DNA from: Adineta vaga
Lineage: Eukaryota > Animalia > Rotifera
Length of the DNA stretch: 64,000 bases
NCBI GenBank assembly: GCA_021613535.1
Contig: CP075492.1
Coordinates: 3,844,001 to 3,908,000, forward strand
Direction: 5' to 3'
The notes beneath the pieces were generated by a model that worked only from the letters and a program-made list of their open reading frames with translations, made no database searches and was not told the DNA's origin. Below are positions 1-12,145 of the stretch, one piece after another. The translations under genes were made by a program, and so were the position numbers. Every line of letters starts with the position of its first letter. Position 1 is the stretch's first letter.

Positions 1-153
1 TCGTTGTTACCGATGACTAAAGCTAGTTTTTGACGTGATGTATTAAGATTTGAAGCTGTCATTTATCTAAAATGTCCAAGATGATCAGAAACATCTTATC
101 GAAAGATCAATATAAAATTTTGAAAGTTATTTCGTTGAAAAAAATTTTCTTCT

Positions 154-757
154 CTATTCTTTATCGTCTTCATCATCATTCACATAATATTCTTCATCTT
201 GTTCTTCCTCTTCATCAAAAATCGATTCATCTACTGCTGCTGGTATGCTTGTACCACCTCGAGTGTAAGAAGCCTAGAACAATCCAATAAAAAATCATGT
301 ACGATAGAAATACGGTTACTTACGTTCTGTTTCACATGAAATACTAAATTTAACATACCAATCACAACTGGTATTTCTTTTTGTAACTTTTGTAATTCGT
401 TTTTAATAGGTGTTGCTGATAAATAATGTCGAATACGGATCATTTTCTTTCCACTTGTACATCTAATCGAAAGAAGATATTCGAATATTCTTAGATTATG
501 AATCTATCAATATACTTATCAAATAAAATATTTGAACGAGTTGTAATTCTGTAAAGTTTATTCATTACACATGAATACTTATATTTATCGGCGGCTAATT
601 TGTCTCTCTCATTAAGACCAGTTAAAATTTCATAAATTATAGATAAATCATCGGCAAGAGTTGCACACGTTTCTTTGTTTGATGTAACTGTTGCAACTAT
701 ATCCATACCATATTTGATCAACTTGATCACTGTTACAATACCTACTGGACTTGACAT
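154..757 (-). CDS. Stand-alone MLKL/HeLo-like N-terminal four-helix-bundle protein with acidic tail (166 aa, 3 exons)
   Basis: Exons 757-516, 462-324 and 273-154 are joined by GT-AG introns of 53 and 50 nt that keep the frame. The protein reads MSSPVGIVTVIKLIKYGMDIVATVTSNKETCATLADDL...LFDKCTSGKKMIRIRHYLSATPIKNELQKLQKEIPVVIGMLNL...DEEEQDEEYYVNDDEDDKE*. The 'V..NKE.C..La' and 'rfl.a..i..eL..l' patterns resemble the MLKL N-terminal domain. Confidence 0.65.
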
Positions 758-1526
758 ATCGTGATGGAGCAGAAAAACTCTTACAGTTTAATAGTTGTAA
801 CTCTTTTTGATATCAACAATATGATGTGAAATAATGGACTTTGTTTTGTTATCAGAAAACAAACGTTTACTACCTACCTGTCACATGATAAGACAATCTT
901 TCCTTTCTACGAATCATATGCACATAAACTTATTGTTGAAAGTTTCGAAAACCTTATCTCATTATTCACATATAATTAAATATGAATTGCACATTATGTT
1001 TGAAACAATTATAGAAGACTTCTTGAAGTACGAACAAAGTATATTATACTTTTAAGAATATTTTGATTCATGTCCAATTTTCTAAAGATGAAACTAGATT
1101 AATTAGCAGAAGATAAAAGTTACATCCTGTCATTAGTACTTACGATTGGCATCAACCCAAGTTTTCTATCTTGTCTTGTACAGTTTAGAAAAGCTTATAA
1201 TTTAGCTGATAGTTCGATGTTATGTCACCATTTATCAAATTGATATTTTCTCTAAAAATGTGTCCTATTAGTATTATTTTTCTTATTGTAATAGTCATCT
1301 TGAATTGTAGAGTGATAAGAAGGAAAATGTTGACAAAGCATAATAGATCAAATTCTTTCAAAAGATTCTAAGTAATGTGTCGATGAATCTCAACGTTGTA
1401 TTTACACGAAAAAGTTAAATTCAAAAGAAATAGATTCATCTATTTCATACATTTGTCTGACTTGAACAGCTTTTCAATTGAATTATATACACTATCGTAC
1501 TGAATTCCTGCTGTTAAAACTCATGA

Positions 1527-4500
1527 CTAAAGACCTTCGAGTTTCGAAATCGTATTTCTATTAATTTTCTGCGCTGTCTTATAGCATTCGTGAGCTCTTG
1601 TGGATAATCCCATCTTTTCATATACTGAGCCAATGTTGTTGTAAGTTGTAGCGAGGGTGGAATGTTCCGAGGGAAGAGATTTTTGTTGAATGCTGAGTGC
1701 TTTATTGAACTTTTCGAGAGCTACGTCGTTCTTTTCCAACTGAAAGTACACTTTACCGATGTTAATCAAAGTAGAGGCTAAGTCTGAATGATCGGGAGGA
1801 AGAGATTTCTCTTGAATTCCGAGTGCCTTTGTGTAGGTTTCATTCGATGTTGAATAGTTTTGCATTTCGAAATATATTAATCCAATGTTGTTGTAAGTAG
1901 TGGCTAAATTTGGATGGTTTGTATAAAGGATTTGTTTTTGAATAGCAAGTGCTTTGTTATAGTATTCAAGTGCTTTTGAATAATTTTTTATCGTTGAATA
2001 TACTGAACCAATATTGTTGTATGTAATACCTATAGCTGGATGATTAGACTGAAATGATTTTTGTTGAATTTCTAATGCTTTGTTGAAGTGAGCAAGTGCT
2101 GTTAAATTCTTTCCTTTTTTGAGCTGTATTTTCCCCATATTGTTGTAAGTTATAGCCAAATCTGGATGAGTGAGAGGAAGAGATTTTTGTTGAATTTCTA
2201 ATGTTTTGTTAAAGTTTTCCAAAGCTTTTGTGTATTCTTCGTATGTAAGATCTAATTCACCGAAATTGTTGTAAGTCGTAGCCAAGTCGATATGATCAGC
2301 AGAAAAAGATTGTTTTTGAATTTGTAATGCCTTATCATAGTTTTCACGAGCTCTTTTATAATCTTCCTTCTTGAGAAACATTGAGCCGACATTGTTGTAA
2401 GTAGCGGCTAAATCGGAATGTCCAAGAGGAAGATGTTTTTCTTGAATTTCTATTGCCTTGTCGAAGTAGTTACGAGATTTTAGGTCTCCTACCTCATCTA
2501 AATCGACTAGATCAATGTGAATGTAGGTAACGGCTAAATTTGGATGATTTGATGCAGGATTCTTTTTTTGAATATTCAGTGCCTTGTTATACTCTTTTCG
2601 AGCTTTTGAGAAGTGTCCGCACTTGAAGTATACTTCACCAATATTGTTATAAATTACAGCTAAATCAGGATGATCGCTAGAAAGATAATTTTGTTGAATT
2701 TTGAGTGCGTCGTGGTACTCGTCAAGGGCTGTTTTATACTGTGCCCTGGCAGAATAATATGTACCGAAGTTATTATGAAGGATGGCTATTGTTTGATTGT
2801 TTATGAGAGGAAATTGTCGTTGAACCCTCAGTGCTTCTATATAACTCTTAAGAGCTGTTGAATGATTTCCTAGTTTGAACTGTACCTCACCAATACCATT
2901 GTAAGTAATTGCTAAAATCGAATGATTTGGAGAACGAGTTTTTTGTTGAATCCCAAACGCTTTGTTAAATTTTGTAAGAGCTCTTGAGTATTCCCCCAGT
3001 TTAAAATATGCTTCACCAAAGTTGTTATAAGTTGTAGCGGAATCTGGATGATTTGAAGAGACATCTTTTTGTTGAATATCTAATGCTTTTTTATAGTTCT
3101 CGAGAGCTCTGTTGTATTCTCCTGTGTAAGAATACATTAAACCCATGTTGTTGTAAGTAGTAGCTAGATCTTGATGATTAGAAGAAGGAGATTTTTGTTG
3201 AATTGACAGCACGCTTTTGTAATCATCAAGAGCTGCTGAATGCTCTCCCATGTAGGAATGTATTAGACCAATTCGATTGTAGATGGTGATTAATTTCGGA
3301 TGATCAGCTGAAAGTTGTTGTTTTTGAGTATCTAGTATTTCCAGTGCTTTTGAGTAGTTTCTCATCTTGAAATATAGTTCAGCAATAATGTTGTAGCTCA
3401 TCGTTTCGTTCAATGGATCGGAAGGAGGTAAGATTTTGTGATTTTGGGAAATCTTATTGTACTTTTGCAAAGATTTTGAATCATATGGTATACTGTCATG
3501 CCCTAAAATAACGTTATTAAAGATAGAGACTAGAGTGTGATGAGTTGAAGAAAATGATCTATCTATCTAAATGAGTATCATAATTAATTTGGACATTCAG
3601 TTACTATAGAAGATTAGAAATAGTGGTCAACTGAATCGATTATATATATATATATATATGAATAGTTAAATTCAATAAAAGTTAAGTTGCATTCTTACCT
3701 GAAATATTTTCGAATTTATATTCGAGTTCACTTATATTTTTACCAATTTGATTCCATCCTATTTGAACTCTCTTGATTTCTATGATAGACTCATTATTTT
3801 CTTTTTTGAATCCATGAAATTCCATAAAACACCAAATAAACACAAGCATTAGTGCTACGGTGGTGACGAACAATGATAAATTGAATAGGAATGAGTATAT
3901 ATTTCGCAATTTCTTTCTTATTGATTTCAATAACAACTTTTTTCTATTATTTTTCATGGTAGCTACGTTACTCTCATACATATCTTTATCATATTCATCC
4001 ATCTGAAAGTCACCGTTATTTTGTTCACGTCGATTAGCTAAATTCAAGTTCAAATCAAATATAAATATCCGCTTATTTTACTTATATAACGTACGCAATT
4101 CGAAAGATAGTTTATCTTTCTCACCGTCTCGTTGTCCAAACATTTGATTGCCAACGGGCGGCATAATTTCCGATAAACTTTGAAATGAATAATTTAGATC
4201 AACATCACGATTTCTATTCAAATTTTCTAGACAGAATCGAAAAACAAACAAATATATTTTGAAAAACAGAATAGATTTACCTCTCAATAGATTTGCAGCA
4301 TCAAAACATTGAATTTCATCGAATGCATTGATGAGATAACTGAAATCTCGATTATTTATTTTATCTCGATCGAAAAGACAATCCATCAGACGTAAAGTCC
4401 CACTTAATGATGGATCATCTCGGATTCTTCGTGGAAGATCTTCATCACCACCAAGATAAAAATGCAGACGTGTTCGATCATCAGCAGTAAGACGATCGTG

Positions 4501-4539
4501 AATATTCAATATGGTAGCACGTAAACGAAAATTATTCAT
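1527..4539 (-). CDS. Type II membrane receptor: DED - TM - coiled coil - ~14 42-aa TPR repeats (901 aa, 4 exons)
   Basis: Exons 4539-4281, 4226-4095, 4037-3699 and 3502-1527 are joined by three phase-1 GT-AG introns (54, 57, 196 nt), total 2706 nt in frame. This unites ORFs 4078-4575, 3682-4053 and 1527-3470. It has a DED-like N-terminus (MNNFRLRATILNIHDRLTADDRTRLHFYL...CFDAANLLR), a basic patch then a TM segment (IYSFLFNLSLFVTTVALMLVFIWCFM), and HPDLAxTYNNIG repeats. Confidence 0.85.
3641..3659. repeat. (TA)n microsatellite in intron 3 of the DED-TPR gene
   Basis: tatatatatatatatatat run. Confidence 0.9.
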
Positions 4540-5140
4540 TAATACTCTTTCTTTATCCTTAAGAAGAAAAAACATATTTTCAAGAAATCACTTGATTTTT
4601 TTTCTCGTTAAAACGAACCATGGTATTCGCCGAAGAGTTATATGTTTAGATCGAATTAATAGTTTGTTATTTTCGTATAGAATATTTCATAAATGAGAAA
4701 GGTTATTCATTCCCCACATCACACTTCGATCTTCCAAGAGGCAATTAACTTTCTCTTGGAAAGATAAAGAAACAAACATATACTGATGAAATATCAAATT
4801 CAATGAGAAAAACATGATTTTCTAGTGAAATGTCAATTAAAATACGTGATATTTCATTATTTGTTTTTTTAGACAAGTTAAAACGAACACAAAACGTTTT
4901 GAAAGTGTATACATTCTTATCTCGTTACTTTTTCTTTCCCATATATTTTTTTATATTTGTATTTTCAGTTAATGACTCATAGAATACGAAAATCTGTTCT
5001 TATGTCATTACATTCATTTGACTCATGTTATTATTTGTACAAACGAGAATGAAAAAGCAACAACAACGACAACGAAGCTATGATTTCTTAACCATACACA
5101 CTTGTTCTCACTCAGACATTTCACAATTGATGATCAAACA

Positions 5141-6346
5141 ATGGGGGTTCGTAAAATCAAAAGAATCATTTCTTCATCGTTTTAATTCTTATTTCTATAG
5201 TCAGGTGCGTCCATATCGAAAATAGAAGACGATTTTTTCAATATTTGCTCAAGTGGAGATATTAAAAATGCTCGTCGCTTGTTGCTCACGATGACATATA
5301 AAAAATTCAATCGTCAACGACGAAATGGAAATACTCCTCTTCATATGGCTTGTCTAAACGATCATAAGGATATTATCATTTTATTACTCAACGAAGAAGA
5401 TGTTTGTGCTAGAACTTTACGTAATAAAGATGGCAAAACTGCTTATGATTGTGTGAAATCACCTGAAATTCGACAATTATTTCGTCGTTCTCGTGAATCA
5501 ACAGTCGATCGATTTAGTGAAAAGAATCCAACATCATCTCTTCAACCAATTCTCTCACCAAATGATGATGAAATAAAGATTTCTCATGAACAAATTCCCG
5601 ATGATTGGGTTCGTGGTTATACAAATGCAAAGCAAAATTTTGATGGACAATTTATGCTTGCTCTACAAAATGCGCCATTACTATTACGAGCATTGATGAA
5701 AACACGAACCATCAATGAAGCTGAAGATACATTCGAAATTTTTCTTGAAAAATGTATCGAACATCAACCAAATAAACGTTATTTAATTCGCGAAGAATAT
5801 AAAAGATATAGACAAACAAAAAATGTCGAACATTTATTAACCATTTATACATTTGAAACAATTGTTTACAAAGCTTTACAACAAGAAATGAATGCTTATA
5901 CTACATTACTTTTTCTTAATTTGAAAAAATTAGTCAAACGATCATATCAAGGAAGAACCTATCGAGGTGCTCAAATGACTCAAATAGATATTGATGCGTA
6001 TACATGGGCACAAAAAAGTAAAGACTTTCTTTTAGAAACACGTCTATTTCAATCAACATCAAAGACAAAAAATGTCGCAGAAGTATTTGGAGAAGCTAAT
6101 CCAAGATCGGACAAGTATGGTGTTGTATTTGCCTATATATTTGATGAACAGTGTCCAACTGCTATTGATCTTCAAGGTATTTCATATTTTGAAGAAGAAG
6201 ACGAAGTTCTGCTGTTTCCGTTTACATTATTCAAAGTGGATAATATAATTTTTGTTGAAGCATTAAGACATTATGATATTTCTCTTCGATATATTCCATC
6301 ATCGAAAAAATCATTTCTTTCATCATGGTGGAATGCAAAAGAATAA
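5141..6346 (+). CDS. N-myristoylated ankyrin + R-S-E clade (arginine-type) ADP-ribosyltransferase
   Basis: A 6-nt coding exon 1 (ATG GGG, 5141-5146) and a 54-nt intron (5147-5200) give the N-terminus MGSGAS. Ankyrin motif GNTPLHMAC...NKDGKTAYD. ART motifs YRG, FQSTS and ISYFEEEDEVLL. Confidence 0.85.
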
Positions 6347-6404
6347 ACATATTATTATTTCAAAATTGATCTTAATAAAAAAAACAATAAAAAAGAAAAT
6401 GTTT

Positions 6405-7377
6405 TTATTCTTGGATTTTCATTGAACTATCAACTGATAGTTTTGTCTCTACAGGAATAGTGTCTTTTTCTGTGGGATTGACATCTTTTAGAGGCGGTAA
6501 AACTTTTGAAGTCGATGTTTCATCAGTTACAGATACTTCAGTAGCATTCGGTAAATCTTGTTGAGTATCAGAAAGTTGTGCGACGGGTACAACAGTAACT
6601 TGAGTATTGCCTTTTTTTCTGCCACAAAAATGTTTCCAAGTTTTATAACCACAATATATACCGTAAATAATTGAACATATGCATAAAACGATATAGACAA
6701 TTTCACCGTATGTTTTTACATAACCCAAACATTCAGACGATCTAGGAGATAAGTAGAACATTGCTTGTGAACCCTGTAGAAAAATTCATTTCATATCAAT
6801 CTAAATATCAGTTGATTACTAATTCATTCTTACCGGTCCTATAGACCAACTTAGAACACCACTACACATGCCAACTGTAAAAATAAATGCACGACGAAAT
6901 GCTTTTTCACTAGTATTATATTTGATGACTGTTGCTACTAAAATCTATAATCAATGAAATGATATGATGAATAGAAAAAAGAAGCATGAAACAAACCAGA
7001 AGAATCAAGGCAGTGACAAGAATTATACTCATAGCGCCTAATACAATCAACCAAATTGGTATTGATGGTTGACGAGGTAGATAACAATGTCGATTGTATG
7101 CAATTACACCGAATATTAATGAAACTATTCCAATAATACCAATAAGAAATAGGAAAATAATGATAAATAATTTCTTCATTAAGAATTTAACATGAATTTT
7201 GATTGAGTCGACACCCACTCTTCCAAGGTTTTCTTGTAACGGCTTTATTTGACGATCACGAAATAGATCGATAATTGGTTGATGAGCTTTTGCATTGAAT
7301 TGAAAGCGTGCTTCCTAGAAGAAGAAAAAAAGATCACAGCTATTCTAAACATTATCTTTCATCTATCTTACTCCCAT
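6405..7377 (-). CDS. Multi-pass membrane protein, TMEM272-like
   Basis: MG micro-exon at 7377, then ORFs 6916-7218 and 6405-6761 joined by short introns. There are several TM segments, the motif HCYLPRQPSIPIWLIVLG, and a low-complexity C-tail. Confidence 0.6.
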
Positions 7378-7904
7378 CGTTTCGTTTTGATATACTTTTC
7401 ACTAACGAATTTTTCGAGTCTCAATAGTGGTTTATATACAGCTGTGCTTGAATAATAACCTGAGTCAACAATAGCCGTGTTGCAATGTAAATAAAGGCAA
7501 AAATCATATTATTTTTGTTTCTAAGGAATATTTGTATTAATCAAATGACGGTAGTTGAAAAATATAAAATCATGCTAAGAAAGAATTAACATATTGACAT
7601 CATTTCGAAATAACTTACACTTGTTCGCCTTTTTCATTCAATACGTCTGCGCAAATAGTAAACCACATTAAAAATAATCAATCAATCTAGTAAATAGATT
7701 GTTTTTTAGCGTAGAATGTATTTATCGTAAAATCGTTTTAATGAAAAGAAGTACAGAATCTCTTCAACAACATAAAATTTCATTTTATTGGAGAAAAGAA
7801 TTGCTTTTACAGAACAAATGGTACATTAAAAATATTTCTATTTAGTCTCTGTAAAGAACAGCGTTTTCTTATCTTTTAATAAACTATCAATTAAAGAAAT
7901 AATC

Positions 7905-8655
7905 ATGCCATTTCATTACAAAAAAGATGTATCATTTGATATATATCAAAAGCCATTACACAAGAATATCTTAAATGGCAAAAGATAACACATCAAAAGA
8001 TTCTTCTCCAAATCAACGTTCAGGTTATTATAATCAAAAACTAGAAGATATGTTCTTTCAAAATCTTGTGGAAAATGCACGTAAAGATCAATTTGATATG
8101 CCATAATATGAAATGTTACCAGTTACAGATGATATTCAACGTCAATTATGTTCTCAACCAAACAAATCTTATTTCAATCAATTCCAGTAATTAATTATAA
8201 AGATTTAAATATTAATTTCAATACTTCATTACGTCAATGTTCATTTGGTATTGTTTATAGAGGTCGATGAAGAAATCAAAGTGTTGCTATTAAATAATTA
8301 CATTTAAATAAATTAACTCGACAAGAATAAAGTTCATTTGTTAAAGAGATAATAATCATGTCAAATTTAGGTAAACATCAAAATTTAGTTGATCTATATG
8401 GTTATACATTAGAACCACTTTGTTTGATTCAAGTACATTCAGTAACTGATTTTGCAAGAACATCATCGTCTATCGCATCATCAAGAACATTCAATGAAAT
8501 TATTCAATCGACCAAGAATCAGTTCGAAAACAAAAAAATTTTTGAAAAATTTTATTGAAAAATGTTGGCATCAAAACCCTCAATATCGACCGGTTATCGA
8601 ACAAATTTTGAAAGATTTGAAAGCATCATGTGTTAAAATCCGTGATTCTTTTTAA
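7905..8655 (+). pseudogene. Decayed TKL-like protein kinase
   Basis: Reads SFGIVYRGR*RNQSVAIK*LHLNKLTRQE*SSFVKEIIIMSNLGKHQNLVDLYGYTLEPLCLI, then jumps to subdomain XI (FIEKCWHQNPQYRP). It has in-frame stops and the HRD/DFG core is deleted. Confidence 0.8.
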
Positions 8656-11498
8656 CTGAAAAGCCTTGGAAATTGTAAATCCCATGTTTTTTTGAAGAAT
8701 TCTTCATTTTGATTTTGAATATTTAATTCATGTTTAACATGAAATACTGTTGATTCAGCATACATCATCGATTTAGTTTGAATATCAACTTGAAATAACG
8801 ATGGATCTGGAAAATAATATTTTATATTTCGTTCAATTTCGATACGCGCTGATTGAGGATCGATTATTTGTATTTCATAAGCACTTTGTACTGTTTCATC
8901 AAATACTAAACCATCGGGATATTCGATACAACCATCGTCTTCCTTTATCTGAATTAGAATATTAAAAGATAATTCTTGTAAAGTAGTTTTCTTATTACTT
9001 TTAATGTCACTATTTGCGTGCTTTCATCAACTATTCGATGGCGTTGACTGGAACCTTCTCGTAATTGTTTTATTGGAATACCTTGTGCAATTTCTGGCAA
9101 AGCAAAATCATTTCGTAATGAACTAAACAATTCTGAAAAATATCTTCAAAAGACATTTCAATCGAATTATCTTACTAGTTTTCCATCAGACGTGGTAATT
9201 TCAAAACACATGGTGATGACTGATCAAAATGTATTCTAATCGAGCACAAAATTCCTTCTCCATTGAATTTAAAATGATCATCTTACGTTAATGTTGTTGA
9301 TGTAGATGAAGGCCATACTAATGGCCAATATGAACTTGATAAACTTAAACGAAGACGACAACCAATTGGAAGACATATACATACACCTGATAAAGTAACA
9401 TCAATACTTTAAAGAGAAAAATTCGAAAAGAAAATCTCATAAGATAATTAATGTGAATACAAACGTGTAAATTTGATCAATATTCAATTCTTCTGGATGT
9501 TCATGTGATTTGTAATGTGTTAAATTAAGTATTCCACGTGCAAGAAGAATTGATGCTGATGTTTTTTCATCGATCATATTTAAACGAACACAAATTAAAC
9601 CATTTGGTTCATTTGAACTTAAATTCAATTGAACACTTGGAAATCCGAATAATTCTGAAACAGAAAAGAAAATTACGACAATTTCATTTCGAAATTACCA
9701 TATTGTTCCGTTAATGGAAGGGAATCAAAGCATAATGAATGTCCATCGTCAAGTCGTTGATCAATTGGATGAGTTGGAAGATGTGCTGCTCCAAATCCTA
9801 AATAATTTCCACCTGCTAAACCAGTTATTTGTGGTGAGAAAAATGATATTTCCTTGGGTAATTCATCTTGTACAATTGGTTTCGTTTGTAATGATTGATA
9901 CGATAAATAATAAACAATTTCGTCTTGTTTGGATGTATAATCTTCTTTATTCATGGATAAAAGATCATTTCTTTGATCATGTTCTATTGGAAATGATGGA
10001 AGTTGATTGAAATGAATCCATTTTCCTTTTCGTTCGATAACTATCGAGCGAAGTTCATCCAAATTTGGACTTAATTGATAAATCGAAAACATTTCCTTCT
10101 TTTCATAACCATTTCGAATACCTAGAATATTCTTCATTTAATAATTGATTGAATATCACACGACAAACCTTTTATATGATAATCTAACCATGCAATAACT
10201 TCTTGTAAAAATCCGATTTGTGGTCCAGGATACGCATCGTCTCTGAAAGATCGAAATATTTCTGAAAGAAATAGGAAAGAAATTTTCAACTCACGGCCAT
10301 TGATGTCCCCAAGGACCAATGATAGCACGTTTCGGACATGTTAATCTTGACATTAAACGAAAAACTGGATCCGTATAGAGATCAGCAAATCCACCAATTA
10401 AAAGAACTGGACAAGATATCTTCGAATAATCTTCACAAATACTTCCATATCGCCAGTAACTATTTCTAAAAATATCCAAGTTTTTTCTCTCAATTTTCTC
10501 ACTCAAACAAACCGAGTTTGATGTTTCATCCAATAGAAATCCAATGGTATCAATTGATTCAATCTTTCTCTCCAAATATCTTCTAAATTACTCTTTTCAT
10601 CAATTCCTCCTTGGTAAATCGGATGTGGTGGAATTGATAACCATATTAACATTTGAGTTGACCATGCCAATGCTAAAGAGAGAGAGAGAGAGTCTTAAGT
10701 GTTTCTTATCGAAATATAGAGTTCTAATACCTTCTTGTGCAGCTAAACATCCTCCATAATAATGAATATCATCACTATAACGATCATCAGTTGAATAAGC
10801 AGAAATAATTCCAACTAAATTCTACAAAACAGCACCAATTACTTATTGATTTAATCGAGTAAATAAGGATATACTTTCGGTTGAAGTGAACCAATTTGTA
10901 ATCCATTAAATCCACCCCATGATTTTCCATACATAACAACCTTAGATGAAACATATGAAATAATCTTGGATCTGTTATATTCCTGTTACTTTTCCATTCG
11001 ACCAAGTTTGTTTTTCTATCCATTCAAGAATTTCTAGAGCATCTGATTGTTCTTGTTGACTATATTCATCATCAAATATTCCTTGAGAATTTCCTGATCC
11101 TCGTATATCAACTCTCAATGAAACATAACCAAATCCGGTGAAATATTTCAATCGAATTTCATCTCGTTTTGATCTAAATTTTTCCAAAGAGAAATAATCT
11201 TCTTTTTCTAAATACAACTCTGATTCAAACTTACGTCCAATCAGCTTTTCTATATGGTAAATATTCTAAAATAGTCGCAAATTTTTCTTTATTTTCTTCT
11301 TTGCCTAAAACAAAAAGAAAAAAAGATAAATACATTCAGCGAATACTCATCAATCTAACTTTTCGGCATCCAGATATTTGCTGCTAATTTAATTCCATTA
11401 TTGAGAACGATTGTGACTGTTGTCCATTTTTCAATTTCATATGGAAATTCTGTACGAATCGAATGATTTGTATCAATAACTTTCAATGTTGATTCCAT
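8652..11498 (-). CDS. CocE/NonD family (peptidase S15/PepX-like) serine hydrolase, bacterial type, ~11 introns
   Basis: Motifs include MESTLKVIDTNHSIRTEFPYEIE, ILEYLPYRK, RVDIRGSGNSQGIFDDEYSQQEQSDALEILEWI, nucleophile GKSWGGFNGLQ, YWRYGSICEDY, IIGPWGHQWP, PGPQIGFLQE and DQRLDDGHSLCFDS. Confidence 0.88.
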
Positions 11499-11885
11499 TG
11501 ATCTATCGAAATATAATATACGTGTGTTTGATATAGTCGACGCAGAAAATATTCACTCTTTCTGAATAAAGAAAACAACATCGACTTACACGTGCGCTAG
11601 ATTTCAACTATTCTTTTTCTCTTATCTTTCTATATTAAAGGTTGCTGCTGTTTCTATATCATCGTTTTACGCACTATAGGATAGAGTCAGTTTTTTTAAA
11701 TAAGCATAAACGAAATTTAAAAATTATGGAAAGAAATATAGTTTATTTAATTGTAATTGTTTTATTCATATTTTCTGCTGATATATAATGATTAGATTTT
11801 TAATTTATTACATTTCTCAAGAAAATATTGAATACATATTGACATATTAATAACATTTGTCAGGAAAAAAACATAGAGAAAACAG

Positions 11886-12145
11886 TTATTTGCCAGGATT
11901 ATAATAACATCGTCCATTTCTCCAGCTTGGATCATTCTTCTGACAATGCATTCCGTCACAACAAGTTGCTTGTGCACCATTGTCACCAAAACATTCAGCA
12001 TCATGACCACCACACTAGTTCAAATACATAAAATAATCAATAATTTCAAATCAAATAATGTTCATCTAGTTACTGCTTGACAAACAACTGCAAAAGCAGC
12101 AAACAACAAGGCAACAAAAAGAATATATGTAACAGCTTTGTTCAT
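11886..12145 (-). CDS. Secreted inhibitor-cystine-knot (knottin) peptide with C-terminal amidation signal (66-aa precursor)
   Basis: Exon 1 (12145-12074) encodes the signal peptide MNKAVTYILFVALLFAAFAVVCQA. After a phase-0 intron, exon 2 (12014-11886) encodes CGGHDAECFGDNGAQATCCDGMHCQKNDPSWRNGRCYYNPGK*. This gene is not in the ORF track. Confidence 0.85.

Noticed and set aside
1527-3400. 126-bp periodic repeats that could look like a CRISPR array or satellite
   Set aside because: They are coding 42-aa TPR repeats with synonymous variation, not identical repeats with unique spacers.
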